From NCBI RefSeq assembly GCF_006345805.1, contig NC_043017.1, forward strand, positions 6,572,001 to 6,636,000: a DNA stretch of 64,000 nucleotides. Reading direction: 5' to 3'. The DNA is from Octopus sinensis (Eukaryota). The notes under the pieces are model-generated. The model was not told the DNA's origin and made no database searches. It saw only the letters and a program-made list of their open reading frames with translations. Within the stretch, counting starts at the first letter, position 1. The number at the start of each line of letters is the position of its first letter. A program made the translations under genes and the position numbers. Below are positions 38,063-52,354 of the stretch, piece by piece.

Positions 38063-41000
38063 TATATGGGCCTTGCAGAGGCAATGACAAGTGAACAAGA
38101 CCTTTGGTGATATATGCTGTGATTGTGAACATCCATCAAACCAAGTGAAATTGTAGTTGTGGCGGATGCTGGCGTCACATAACTGGCACCCATGCTGGGG
38201 TGACATAGAAGGCACCCTTCAAACATCAGTCCTCACGGAGGCAATGGTAAGTGACCGAGACCTTTGACAATATGCTGTGCTTGAGGAGACCCATCAAGCC
38301 AAGTGAAATCATACTTGTGGTGGATGCTGGCATTACGTAACTGGCACATAAGGAGCACCCATTGCATTCTTGGAGTGGTTTGCGTTAGGAAGGGCATCGA
38401 GCCATAGAAACCATGCTAAATCATATTGGAACCTGGTGTAGTCCTCTGGCTTACCAGCTTTCAGTGAAACCAGAAGTTTCTACCAGCTTGCTGCCTTAAA
38501 TATTCTTTTCTTCTCTAGGCTCAAGACCTGAAAATTTTGGGGGAGGGTGGGGCAGTGGATTAGATCGACTCCAGTACGCAACTGGTACTCAATTTATCGA
38601 CCCCCAAAAGGATGAAAGGCAAAGTCGACCTCAGCAGAATTTGAACTCAGAACATAAAAACAGACGCTCACCCTGTTAAATACATATACCAATGTATATG
38701 CTTTATGTATTTTCCGGTGGCTGCATGTGTAAGTGTGTGTGTGTGTGTGTGTGTGTTTATGTATAGCTAGACAGGTAGATAGATATGTGTGTATGTATGT
38801 ATAATCACAAAGAGAGAAGGTACTTGGCTGCTGCAGGCTAAGAAAGATGCTAACTCGACTGGCAGGTAACTCTGAGCAAGGCAGACAGAATTCAGTCAGC
38901 TGTGGACATGTTTCCTTTATCTCGTTGAGAAGGTCAAGCAACTCACTCCATGCAAGTTTTCTGGCTGGTTCATCAACATGGTAATGAATTATGTAGGTGT
39001 GCAAAGAAATGAAGCAAAAACGAACTCGTTTAATTATATAAGGCAGGAAAGAGAGAGAGAGAGAAAGCTAACAACATGGAATGTATAATGTGCCTTGATA
39101 ACCCTCTTTTATGATCGAGAATTTGTGTAATCATCATTACCATCCTCGTTGTCATCATCATCATTATCATCATCATCTTCATTATCATCGTCATCATCAT
39201 AAGTTTAATGCTCACTTTTCCATGTTTGCATGCATTGGTCGGATGGAATTCGAATTTGTCGATGTTGGTTTTCTACAATCTGGATGCTTTTCCTGTCCCC
39301 AACCTTCGCTTTCACCTGTCTTTTTTTTTTTTTTTATAAACTGAGTAATTTCTTTTACCCATGGCTAGACACATTTTCAATGGAATATTGGAAACAAATA
39401 ACACTGCTTGTATGACAGGGACATTCATTTACAACTATCAGATTATGTCAAAATATGAAGACACTGACACACACACACACACATTCTCTGTCTCTCTCTC
39501 TTTCACACACACAAAGATATGTTTTTTTTCCAACATTATCAATAGTCTTGTTACTTTCATGTGAGGCTGTCCCACCGACTGTTTTATCTTTTATTTTCCC
39601 ACCTTAGAAAAACATGCTGTATCTTATTTGTAGATAAGTCACAGTTTGTTTTTTGTTTTGTTTTTTTTTTGCTAAAAATAATTTCAAAAATGCGCAGAAA
39701 ACCGTGTATGACTTATCTCCCAAACTTTGATTAGGGATTGAAATTTGATAGTCAGGGTCAAATACACACGCACACACCAACATTCACACAGTAACACATG
39801 CACCAACACACACACTCGCATACACCAACACACATATACACACAACAACACATGCACGCACACACCCACCAATACTCACACACCAACACATGCAGCACCA
39901 CACACAGCAACACATGCACTCGTACCAACACGCACCAACACATACACACACACACACTTAGAAAAGCTTTGGCCAGAATTGGCCCAGGCCATACCCAACT
40001 TAATTAGCACCACCTGGAAATGACATTTAACCATGTTTCATATTACAGTCATTCTTTGGGGCACAACAAGTGGCTGTGTGGTAAGTAGCTAGCTTACCAA
40101 CCACATGATGGTGGTGTCAGTGGTAATGGCATTGGCCTTGTTGGTGGTGGTGGTGGTGGTGGTAATGGCACTGGTGATGGTCGTGGTAACATTAAAATGA
40201 TGGTGGTATTGGTGCTAATGGTGATGGTGACTTTAAAATGATGTGAGTGTTGGTAGTAATGGTACTGGTGGTGATGGTGGTAGTTTGGGTGGCAGTAGTG
40301 GTGGTGATAGTTTGGGCCATGGTGGTAGTAGTGCTGGTGGTATGACGGTAGCGGTGGTGTTTTTTCGTTTTTTTTTAATTGCATGTTATCAAATAAATTA
40401 AATAAAGTGAGTGAAACATCACTGTGTTGAAAGACAGAGAGAGAGAGAGAGAGTGAGAGAGAGAGCATTTTGAATGATGGAAAAATTAGTGAAGGACTTA
40501 TGGAAATAAAAAAGTAAAAGTGAAGTGCTTAATAAATACACTTGTCTGACCATTTGAGAAAGTGGAGGAAGATTTATATATACTTGGGTCAGCGAGGCAT
40601 GAACGGACTTGTTGTTATCCGTGTGGCTGTTAGAACAAAACCATTACTGTTGTCCATTGATACAAATATATGTAGAATTTCTGCAGAGTTCTGCACTTTT
40701 GCTGGACGATGTACAAGGTTTATAAATAGAAGTAAGTAAGCTGTGTGTCAGTGAACTGGCATTGTGCAGATATTTCCCAACCGCATGGTTCTGGGTTTGG
40801 TCCCACTGTGTGGCACCTTGGGTCGACTAAAAAAGAATTTCGTAAAATAACTTAGTTATCATTAAGCTAGTGTTAGGAACATAAATTGTGACTAACGTTT
40901 GGTGGAAGATTTTAATTCAAAACTTTTGAAAACAAGACATTTGTACTACAGAGCCAGGTTGGTATCAAAAGGGTTAAATGCTAAAGGATTAAACTCAGAA

Positions 41001-44000
41001 CATATTGACAGACAAAATGCTACTAAACGTTTTGGCATTTTCTTCAGCATAGTAGCAATTCTGCCAACCACCACCATAGACTTCTCAGCAAATGGTGTGG
41101 TCATAATTCTTAAAAAAAACCACAAAACATGAAATGCAACATTTTTTATGGTTGCTTTTAATCTTAAGGTTGATGAACAGGGTCTGACCTGGAGGTAAAC
41201 AAACATCAGCAACAACAATATTTGTAGAAACGGTTTCAAATTTTGGCACAAGTCCAGCAATTTTGATGGGACGGGTAAGTCAATTACATCGACTCCAGTG
41301 TTTGACTATCGCTTATTTTATTGACCCTAAAAGGGATGAAGGGCAAAGTCGACCTTGGCAGGATTTAAACCCAGGACATAACGATAGACAAAATGCTGCT
41401 AAGCATTTTGTCCAGCACAGTAACAATTCTGCCAACACCACCATGGACTTCTCGGGAAATGGTGTTGTGGTGATTATAAAAACCACAAAACATGAAAAGA
41501 AACATTTTTATGGTTGTTTCAGCAGACATAGCTAGCAGCACAAAACGTAAACAATGGTAATATTTAAAAGAAGAAAAAAAAACCATGAATTTGTTTGTTC
41601 TATTTACGATTCGTTTTGTTTAATTTTTCCGTCTTAGCAGAAGTTAGACGAATTCATATTTATTGCTGAGGCCTGGTTTTACGAGTGGACACCTTTCCTG
41701 TCACTAACGTTTGCTAATTTTTCAACTAAAGGCATTGTCATTTTATTTGTCTTTGTTGGATGATTTGGTGACTGGGAAATAAAAACAGACAGTGTTGTCT
41801 ATAATTCATCAGGCTTTTATCTTTTCTTTTTATGTGAGCAAAACATATAAAAAACATTCATACACACACACACACACACATAAATTGATCAGATAAGAGA
41901 AGTGAAGTGAGAGAAGAGATGTCTTATTTCATTAGTTTACAGCTGTTTTGTAATCATATTAGTTATATAATTGACATTACATCACCATCCACATATATAT
42001 AATATATATGTAACCCTCCCGACACACACATATATATTGTTGAAATTATGCAAAAGTGTTTGTAAGTCCAAAATGTTGGTTTTTCAGAAAATGTAAAAAA
42101 TAGTTTCACCATTCCATAGCAAAACCGTTGTACTACACTTAGGCAATTTTTGATATCATCTTGGCATCTGAAGCAGCTGGAGATATGGATAGTTTGACTA
42201 AAAGAACCGGCTATTGCAGGCAAAAATAAATTTTAAAAAATAAAAGCACATTTGGCCAAATTTGGACATACGACAGTTTAACATGATAGCAATGATGTAT
42301 TTCCATATATATATATCTATCAATCATCATCATCATCATCATTTAACGTCCGCTTTCCATGCTAGCATAGGTTGGACGATTTGACTGAGGACTGGAGAAC
42401 CAGATGGCTGCGCCAGGCTCCAATCTGATCTGACAGTGTTTCTACAGCTGGATGGCCCTTCCTAACGCCAACCACTCCAAGAGCGTAGTGAGTGCTTTTA
42501 TGTGCCACCGGCACGGGGGCCAGTCTGCCCGTACTGGCAATGGCCACACTCGAAATGGTGTTTTTTATGTGCCACCTGCACAGGAGTCAGTCCAGCGGCA
42601 CTGGCGACAACCTCGCTTGAAATGTTTTGTTCACACAACTGCCAGTAGGGCAACGCTAGTAACGATCACGCTCAAATGGTGCTTTTAATAAAACATCCAG
42701 ACAGAGAGATGATACAAAAGCAGAGAGGAAAAACGATAATTAGAGGGACAGGAAAGAAAGGACGGGCCTTTCGTGGCCTTCCTTCGTCAGTCAAATTACC
42801 AGATGTCCTTACATACATATATGCAAATGTACTGTAATTTAATTAACAGACTAATCTTCAGAATGCTTCACAATTGGTTAAAACATCAACTCCCTCTCTA
42901 CCCCCCCTCTCTTTTTCTCCTCCTCTCAGTCTCTCCCCCCATCTCTCTCTCTCAATGTGTTTGTATATGTGTGTACACGCACACTTTTTTTATTCTTTTA
43001 CTTGCTTCAGTCGTTGGATTGCGGCCATGCTGGGGCATGGCCTTGAAGAATTTTGGTCAAATGAATTGGCCTCACTACCTTTAATTTTTTTTTTTTCTAA
43101 AGCTTGATACTTATTCTATTGGTCTCTTTTGCCAAACTGCTAAGTTACGGGGATGTAAACACACCAACACTGGCTGTCAAGTGGTGGTGTGGTAGACAGA
43201 CACACATAGAAAGGATGAAAGGCAAAGTCGACCTCGGCGGAATTTGAACTCAGAACGTAACGGCAGACGAAATACCGCTAAGCATTTCGCCCTGCGTGCT
43301 AACGTTTCTGCCAGCTCCGGAATCACTCATTATTCATCATCATCATCATCATCATCGTTTAGCGTCCGCTTTCCATGCTAGCATGGGTTGGACGGGTCAA
43401 CTGGGGTCTGTGAAGCTGGAAGGCTTCGTCAGGCCCAGTCAGATCTTCCTAACGCCAACCACTCCGCGAGTGTAGTGGGTGTTTTTTACGTGAAATAAAA
43501 ACTATTCACAAAAACGCCATCTCTGCTCATTTTTTCAAGAACTTTCTGTAGCAAGAACTTTCTGTAGCAAGAACTTTCTTTTTATCATTCTACTGTGTGT
43601 GTGTGTGTGACAGGCTTCTTTCTGTTTCCATCAACCAAATGCACTCACAAGACTTTGGTTGGCCCGCGACTGTAGTAGAAGACACTCGCGCAGGATACTA
43701 CACAGTGGGACTGAACCTGTAACCATGTGATTGGGAAGCAAGCTTCTTACCACACAGCCACTCCTTCACCAACATACATACACACACACACACACACATA
43801 CATACATTCATTCATACATGCATACATAGAAACAAATATGCACAGGCATGGCTGTGTTGCGTATATGGAGCACACTTCATAACCGTGTGGTTTTGAGTTC
43901 TATCCTCACCGCCTGACACCCTTCACAAGTGATTCCACTCTTGTAGGGATTTGGGACAAACAATGCCTTTTCGTTGGGATCACTATTTCGTTTGCAAAAA

Positions 44001-44698
44001 GCTTAGCTTTGTGCCTTGCTAAAAATAAATCAATACAATCACCATCATCATCTTCATCATCATCACCATCATCATCACTGTCATCATCATCCTTATTATC
44101 ATCATCATCATCATCATCATCATTATCATCATTACCATCTTCATCACTATTATCGTCTTCGTCGTCATCATCATCATTATCATCATTATCATCATCACTG
44201 TCAATTCCTATCATCACCATCATCATCATTGTCTGTAGCAAAAACCGCGATTATTGTTTGTTAGTTGCCACAAAAGATCCATAAGCAAAATGGCTTACTG
44301 CACATGCACTGATGGGTGGTGGTCGTTGTCGTGGTGGTGGTGGTGATGGAGGTGATGGCGGCGTTGGTGGAAGGGGTGGTGGTGGAGGAGGAAGTGGGGT
44401 GGGGGTGGATCTTGTGCTGTTGCTTGTAGTGGTGGTGGTGGTGGTTCTGATGCTGGTGATCATGATGGCAGTGCTGGTGGTGGTGCTGGTGGTGCTGGTG
44501 GTCGTGGTGGTGCCGGTGGTGCTGGTGCCATGAAACCAGTGTCAATAAGAGATGCAGTGTTTATTATCTGAACCGAATCTATTGATTCATTTCTCTTATT
44601 TGTGTGGCAGCTGCGAGATTTGATTAAGAAACTAGCTTCAAACTTTGTGTGTGGCTGTTTGTATACATCCCCCCCACACACACACATGCACATGTACA

Positions 44699-44743
<45 letters not shown>

Positions 44744-44800
44744 GAGAGAGAGAGATCAAAGTATATGTGTGTAAATAAATATATATGTATGTATGTATGT

Positions 44801-44831
<31 letters not shown>

Positions 44832-44910
44832 CTGTAAATGCATCTTCAGAGAGAATTCCAAGTTCACCCTTTCCTCATGTCATTTGATATGCTTCAAGTG
44901 TCAAGTTTTA

Positions 44911-44955
<45 letters not shown>

Positions 44956-45103
44956 TATATACATATTTTTATATATATATATAATATATATATATCTATA
45001 TAGTTATGTTAACATATTTGTATTTTCTTTAGCCTTACTTATAGTTGTATATATTTGTATATATATATATATATATATATTGGTGTATATATATATTTGT
45101 GTG

Positions 45104-45166
<63 letters not shown>

Positions 45167-45170
<4 letters not shown>

Positions 45171-45594
45171 TTTTATTCTTTTACATGTTTCAGTCATTTG
45201 ACTGGGGCCATGCTCGAGCACCGCCTTTAGTTGAGCAAATCGACCCCAGAACTTATTCTCTGTAAGCCTAGTACTTATTCTATCAGTTTCTTTTGTTGAA
45301 CTGCTAAGTTATGGGGATGTAAACACACGAGCATCGGTTGTCAAACGATGTTGGGGCAACAAACACAGACACACAAACACATATGCACACATACATACAT
45401 ATATATATATATATACATATATATAGATACATATACATATATACGACAGGCTTGTTTCAGTTTCCGTCTACCAAATCCACTCACAAGACTTTGGTTGGCT
45501 CGAGGCTATAGTAGAAGACAATTGCCCATGGTGCCACACAGTGGGACTGAACCTGGAACCATGTGGTTGGTGAGCAAGCTACTTACCACACAGC
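45167..45594 (-). mobile_element. SINE family K, near full length
   Basis: Reverse complement of the family K body and head. Confidence 0.85.
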
Positions 45595-45600
45595 TTAAGA

Positions 45601-45900
45601 TTCCACTACATCTTGCATGTGTCCATAGCTTACATTTGAGTAAATCATATGGAGTTTATATCTACTCCTTTTCAGCATATCAAGCAAGGCCTTTCCCCCT
45701 GAAGGTACCAGGATCCCATATTTCATATTTAATAAAGCTTTCATCTTTGCTAAGTTTACCTTTAGGCCTTTCAACTCCAGCTTTAGCTTCCGTTCCTGGA
45801 ATTTCTTCTATAATTGTCTGGAATTTCTTCTGGATCTCTGGCAATAAATGTCCTCACGCAGATGCATATGTAGATGTAAATATCAGACATCTCAGCCAAT
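45601..45900 (-). mobile_element. Decayed LINE (RTE-like) RT C-terminus with Cys-rich insert
   Basis: Minus strand gives KLKLELKGLKVNLAKMKAL, then PCLIC.KGVDINSI...KLWTHARCSG, with stops and frameshifts. Confidence 0.7.
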
Positions 45901-47703
45901 TTTTTTGTCTTTGCCACCATCTTCTATAGTCATCAAACAAGGCTAAACTGCTTCTATAATCACCATTCCATTGATCTCTCTCTCTCACTCCGTCTTGCCA
46001 CCCACCCCCTCACCCCCGCCTCCCCTCGTTTTGTTTGTTGTTGAATCTGTATTGCTGGGAAATTACTGCTCAACGATCTGAACAAAAATTCTACGATTCT
46101 AATTAAAGTTAATGATGTATTTTTCTCTTTATATTTGTTTTCAAAATACACATGATATATATATATACACACCTATACACGTGTGTATATATATGTATTT
46201 ATATGTATATATATATGTATAGTCACATATATGTATATATATAACATCATGTATATATATATATCATATATAAAAAATTGACCTAGATTTGTTTTTGGCA
46301 CATAATTTGCTATATATATATATGTATATATATGTACAAACACACACACACACATATATATACATATATATATATATATACATATACATACGCACATATT
46401 TAAAATCCAAATGCAAATGCCTTTCTTGTTCAAGTGTGCAGAAGTACATTATTAAAAGTACTCATACCCATTTACATGTATGCATGCATGTATGTGTGTC
46501 ACTGTGTATGTGTGTGTGTGTGTCTGCATGTGTGTGTGTGTGCATGTGTGTTTGTGTGTGTCTGTATCTATTAGTATTTGAAAATGAGCAATTGCTGAGA
46601 CGATAGTGTCTCTAGTATCATTAGAGATTCTCTTGGGTGTAAATCAGTGGTATTTAGCTTCAGCTCTGTACTGTTTGAGCAGACGTTGATGGAAAATGTT
46701 ACAACCATGAGCTTTCATACACACCTCCACTACCACCACCGCCACCACTGTCACTATAGTTTATTCAGGACTACACCATTCAAATGTGTCCTCAATATTC
46801 TACGTTGATAGGATATAACTCTGAAGATTTGGCTCCTATTACTAGCTGTTCACGCAACTACTCGGAGCAAGGGTAGCTGCAGCAACAGGGGAACCATAAA
46901 ACTGAATTGGGCCAGTGAGAGAGATTTTTTTCTGTAGATTTATATATATATATATGTATGTGTATATATATATGTATCTGTGTATGTGTGTTTGTTTCTC
47001 CTTGGCTGGATGAGTGTGATGTCATCATCATCTTTTAACATCTGTTTTCCATGCGGGCATGAGTTAGACGGTTTGAGAAGAGCTGACCAGACAAAGAGCT
47101 GTTCAGGTTTCATCTGTGTTTTGGCAGGATTTCTAATGCTTGATGCCCTTCCTAATGCCAACCACTTTACAGAGTGTAGTGGGTGCTTTGTATGTGGCAC
47201 CAGCACCAGTAGGGTCGCCAAGTAATTTGTCAGATGAAGAACTCTCATTTAGGAGAGGGAGTGGAACTGAAGAAAGTGGCTTTGTGCCAGCTGAGAGGTT
47301 AGGGTATAACAGGGGGATGGAGGCAGGTATCTTAATATACAGGAGATACGGTTCAACAGGAGCTGGCATGTCAGGGAACTGCACCAGGCTCTATTGTCTC
47401 TTTCGACATGGTTTCTATGGCTGGATGCCCTTCCTAATGCCAACCACTTTACAGAGAGTTCTGGGTGCTTTTATACAGCACCAGCATGGGTGCTTTTTAT
47501 ATGGCACCAGTGGTAGTTATAAAAGAATGAGAATGTCATCCAAACAATATTATTCATTTCCAGTGTTCTGCAATAACGTGTCTGGTGGTGTGAGAATTTT
47601 ATCACACACACATATATACATACACACATCTATCCATCTATCTATCTATCTATATATATATATTCTGTCTATCTATTCATCTATCTGTCTGTCTGTCTAT
47701 CTT

Positions 47704-47740
<37 letters not shown>

Positions 47741-48611
47741 CTGTATATCATCATCATTGTTTAATGTCTGCTTTCCATGCTGACATGGGTTGGACGGTTT
47801 GACTGAGGACTGGCAAGCCGGTAGGCTGCACCAGGCTCCAATCTGATCAGGCAAGGTTTCTACAGTTGGATGTCCTTCTTAATACCAACCACTCCAAGAG
47901 TGTAGTGGGTGCTTTTTCCGTGCTACCAGCACAGGAGCCAATCAGGCGGCACTGGCATCGACCATGCCCGAATGGTGCCTTTTATGTGCCACCAGCACGA
48001 GAGCCAGTCAGGTGGCACTATATACATACATATATATACACATACACACAATACACAGACACGATGAGCTTTTTTTTAGTTTCCGTCTACCAAATCAGCT
48101 CATAAGGCTTTGGTCAGCCCAAAGCTATAGTAGAAGACACTCACTCAAGATACCACACAGTGGGACTGAACCCGGAAACATGTGGTTAGGGTGCAAACAT
48201 CTTACCACACAGCCACGCCTGCTCCTACCGCCACTTTTAATTTTTAAGTATTTTTATATGAAAAATCCATTAATCAAAAGTCATTTTATGTTCATTTCCT
48301 GTCTTATTTTTCCTCCTTTTTTTTTTCATCTCTCGCTTCCTCATTTATCATTTCTCTATTTTTTCTCCTCTCTCCTCATCTCTCTCTCATCATTTTCATC
48401 TTTCTTGTCTCTCGCAACTTTGTTCCTTCCCTTGTCTCTTTCATCTCTTTCACTTACGTATTTCACTTTATTTTATTTTTCACAATTATAAAGTATGCGT
48501 GTATGTATGTATGTTTGTATGTATATATATATATGTGTGTGTATGTATGTGTATAAGTATGAGTGTGTATGCATGCGTGTATGTGTGTATTTATGCATGT
48601 AATTCTGTGTG

Positions 48612-48642
<31 letters not shown>

Positions 48643-49179
48643 GTGAGTGTATGTATATGTGTATGCACATATGTTTGTATGTATATATGTATTTGTGTAT
48701 GTGTGTTCTTGAAGGTGTATGTGATGTATATGTCTGAGTGTATGTAGGTGTGTAAGTGTGTGTAAATATGTTCATATGTTCTTGAATATTGTGTGTGTGT
48801 CTGTGTGTATGTACGTATGCGTACATGCATGTATATATACATATGTATGTATGCATGTTAAATCTATAGCCTTTTATAGTTCACATTTTTCAATGTTTTA
48901 TACACTTAAATCATTTTGTAGTGGTTCCCCATGTGTGTGCGCATGTATATACATACATACATGTGTGCATGTGGGATTGTGTGTGTATAAGATTATGTAC
49001 AAAAGTATATATACACATTTGTATATTACATACATATCCATCTGTCCAGCCATCTCATGTGGGTGAGTGTATAAATATATACCAAAATGTGTCAGAGCTA
49101 CTAACATCTCACCACCAGCATATAACTTGGAGCGAAAAGAAAAAAATGCAAATCTGGTAACTTTCGAGGCATGTTACAT

Positions 49180-49281
49180 CACCTGACGAAGCTTATTGCA
49201 CTGTGTGTTGCATCTGATGTCATTACATCATCCCACACCCATGAGGGAGCAGTGCAGAATGAAGCCAAAACGATTGTTGAG
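49180..49281 (+). ncRNA. Decayed hammerhead-like motif with long stem II
   Basis: CTGACGA at 49183-49189. GCTT-ATT-GCACTG pairs with CAGTGC..AAT.AAGC, followed by cAAAA-CGATTG-TT, readable as CpG-decayed cGAAA-CGATCG-TC. Confidence 0.45.
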
Positions 49282-49466
49282 CTAATTAAGCTTTTAGCTG
49301 TATTCTGTCTTCTGTATCAATATCAATCATTTAATATATATATATATATATTCAATCATTTTATATATATATCAATCATTTAATATATATATATATATAT
49401 ATTTTCAATCATTTTATATATATATCACATTTCAATATATATATATATAATATATATATATATATA

Positions 49467-49680
49467 CCGGAGTAAACACATAAATGTGAAACAAAGTGGA
49501 AAAAAGAGTACTCAAATACCAGTGGTAGAGTAATATGCTTTTTTAAAGCTAAGCAGCAAAAAATTCTACAAAACCTGTTACTCTGAGTTTCACGTTACCG
49601 TTCATGAACGGATGAACGGCAACGTGAAACTCAGAGTAACAGGTTTTTGTAGAATTTTCTGCTGCTTTAAATAAAGTATA
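49467..49680. mobile_element. Second copy of the palindromic HHR-like element, different centre
   Basis: Same CCGGAGTAAACACATAAATGTGAAAC start and same arms; the centre is shortened (TTCATGAACGGATGAACGG). Flanked by (TA)n. Confidence 0.75.
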
Positions 49681-49742
49681 TATATATATTATTTACATTA
49701 TTTACATTTGATGGCTATTTGTCCTCGTCTTGTTTGTTGTTA

Positions 49743-49786
49743 ACACAACATTTCAGCTGATATACCCTCCAGCCTTCATCAGGTGT
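49743..49786 (-). ncRNA. Minimal type I hammerhead ribozyme motif
   Basis: Minus strand reads ACAC-CTGATGA-a-GGCTG-gagggtatat-CAGCT-GAAA-TG-TT-GTGT. Stem I ACAC/GTGT, 5-bp stem II, stem III ATGT (likely CpG-decayed ACGT). Confidence 0.7.
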
Positions 49787-50157
49787 CTTGGGGAAATTTC
49801 AAAGCTAGGTTCTCATTCCTAAGGTATTTTTCGATGTTATTTTTATTATTATTATTATTGTTATTCAGGTCAAGTGGTTGTGGTGGTGGTGTTGGGGAGA
49901 AACACATACAAACACCCACATATATCGCACACTGCCACCACCATCATGATCACTATCTTTACCACCATCACTATCATCATCACCACCGTCATCATCATCA
50001 CCATCATCATTATCATCAACATCATCGTTGTTCTTTTCTTCACTTTCACTTCTTTCTAAAACTAAGCAATGTATGCAGTTACTGCATTGTATATATAAAC
50101 TCTGGGTTTGAAAGTTCAAATCCTGTACAGACTTTTTTTTTCCTTCTGTTATAGTCA

Positions 50158-50216
<59 letters not shown>

Positions 50217-50571
50217 TCTCTGTGGTCAGAACATCGTTATTCAGCTTGCTCCTTCTTCAATCTAGTTGCCAGAATAATTAGAAAATAGATAGTCTCAAAA
50301 TAAATAAATAAATAAATAATAAATGTGTAGATAAATAATAAAAACAAATTTGTTTCTTACCATGCGATTAGTTTTGTGTTTGTTGGTAGATTTCTTCTTC
50401 TTCTTCCTATTTTTCATTCTTTTTCTTGCTTCTTCCTCCAGTTCTTCTTCTTCCAATTCTTCTTCTTCCAGTTCTTCTTCTTCTTCTTCTTCTCCTCCTC
50501 CTTTTTCTTCTTCTCTACTTTTTCTTCCTATTCTTCCTCCAATTCTTCTTCTATTTCAAAGTTATGCTACT

Positions 50572-50612
50572 CCAGACTGATGATGAGCAATGACTCTGAA
50601 ACTAGTCTCTGG
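50572..50612 (+). ncRNA. Minimal type I hammerhead ribozyme, canonical core, GUC cleavage triplet
   Basis: CCAGA-CTGATGA-t-GAG-caatga-CTC-t-GAAA-CTAG-TC-TCTGG. Stem I CCAGA/TCTGG is a perfect 5 bp, both core boxes are intact, stem III is the palindrome ACTAGT, and cleavage is predicted after 50607. Confidence 0.8.
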
Positions 50613-51655
50613 ATGCTGGCTTTGCTGGATGGAGGTGCTTGTCTCCACTTTGAAAACATAAGGACACAGGAAATGTGTTAAGTCCAGCAGGAAACGGTGT
50701 TTCCTAGGGTTAAATAACAGTAGCATTCTTCCCTTTTATGGGACCGTCACATTAAGTTGACAACACGCTAAAATTTACCTGTCGTTTCAAGATTAATGAA
50801 ATAAAGTACCAGTGAGTACTGGGGTTGATGTAGTCGACTTTTCCTCTTCCTTGTAAATTTCTGGACTTGCTTTTAATGAAAGAAATGATAGTTGTTGTTG
50901 TTGTCGTTGTTGTTGTTGTAATCAGATTTTTTTTTGTACTTATTGAAGCAGTTTGAAAAGAAGAAAGGGAAAAAAGTTAAAGCACAAACAAAAACAGACA
51001 CAAAAAAGTTAAAACAAAACAAAAAACACACAAAGTTAAAAGAATAGTCAGGCAATGAAATGGAAGGGGACAAGATGTAATCCCCCCACCCCGGACAATT
51101 CCAATACTGCTTCTGGTACTACTACCACCACCACTATTACTACTACCACCAACACCACTGTTGCTACCACCATCACCACCACTACTGCTATTGTCACCAC
51201 AACTATCATCACCACTATACCACCACCACCACCACCATCACTACTAGTACTACTACTACTACTACTACTACTACCACTAACACCACAACTACAACCACCT
51301 CTGCTACTACTACTACTATTACGACTACTAAACATCCCCACTACCACTACTAACACCACCACAACCATTACTACTACTACCACCACCAGCATCACAACCA
51401 CTACTCCCACCACCACCACCACAACTATCATCACTGCCACCACCTCCACCTCCACTACTTATACTACTACTACCACCACCACACCCATCACTATTACTTC
51501 TGCTGCTGTTACGTATCTATCGATTGTGGCTCTAATTGACTACTCAGTCTCCGTAAATATATAATGCTTTGGAGTTTACTAGCTTACTGGGACTCCAACC
51601 GTCTTTCTTATGGCTTTCCACTTTTCCTTTCTCTCCTGCTCTCTCTCTCCCTCTT

Positions 51656-51690
<35 letters not shown>

Positions 51691-51786
51691 TTCTCTCACT
51701 TGCTGTCACTCCCCCTTTCTCTACTTGCCTACCTAACTACCAGCATATGTACATTATATATATGTATATGTATATACATGTGTATG

Positions 51787-51818
<32 letters not shown>

Positions 51819-51918
51819 GTGTGTATTAGATACATGTGTATATATGTGTGTGTGTATGTATTATATACATGTATGTGTGTGTGTGTGTATGTATATATAT
51901 ATATATACATATATACAA

Positions 51919-51963
<45 letters not shown>

Positions 51964-52096
51964 CGTATATAAATACTTATGTGCATGTGTACACATATAT
52001 ACATACATACATGCATAAGCGTGTGTATGTGTTGTATGTATATATATATGTGTATGTACCTGTAAATATGTACATATAGATATATGTGTATGCATG

Positions 52097-52134
<38 letters not shown>

Positions 52135-52354
52135 TTACACATTCATAAATAGATGCATACATGTAGAAATGTATATACACACACCACGCACACACACACA
52201 CACATACACATGCACATGGACACTATATCGTACATTTCAGTAACAGGTGATAATGATTGTTATATAGCACTGGTCAATACCAATGATGATGATAATGATG
52301 ATGGTGGTGATGATGATGATGATGATGATGATGAGGATGATGGCGGTGGTGGCT

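Noticed and set aside
42761-42792. Minus-strand CTGACGA...GAAAGGCC hammerhead-like motif
   Set aside because: Stem II is only 2 bp and there is no consistent UH/stem I register.
49171-49383. ORF MLHHLTKLIALCVASD... and its antisense frame as an exon
   Set aside because: Better explained by the long-stem hammerhead-like hairpin; splice signals are weak.
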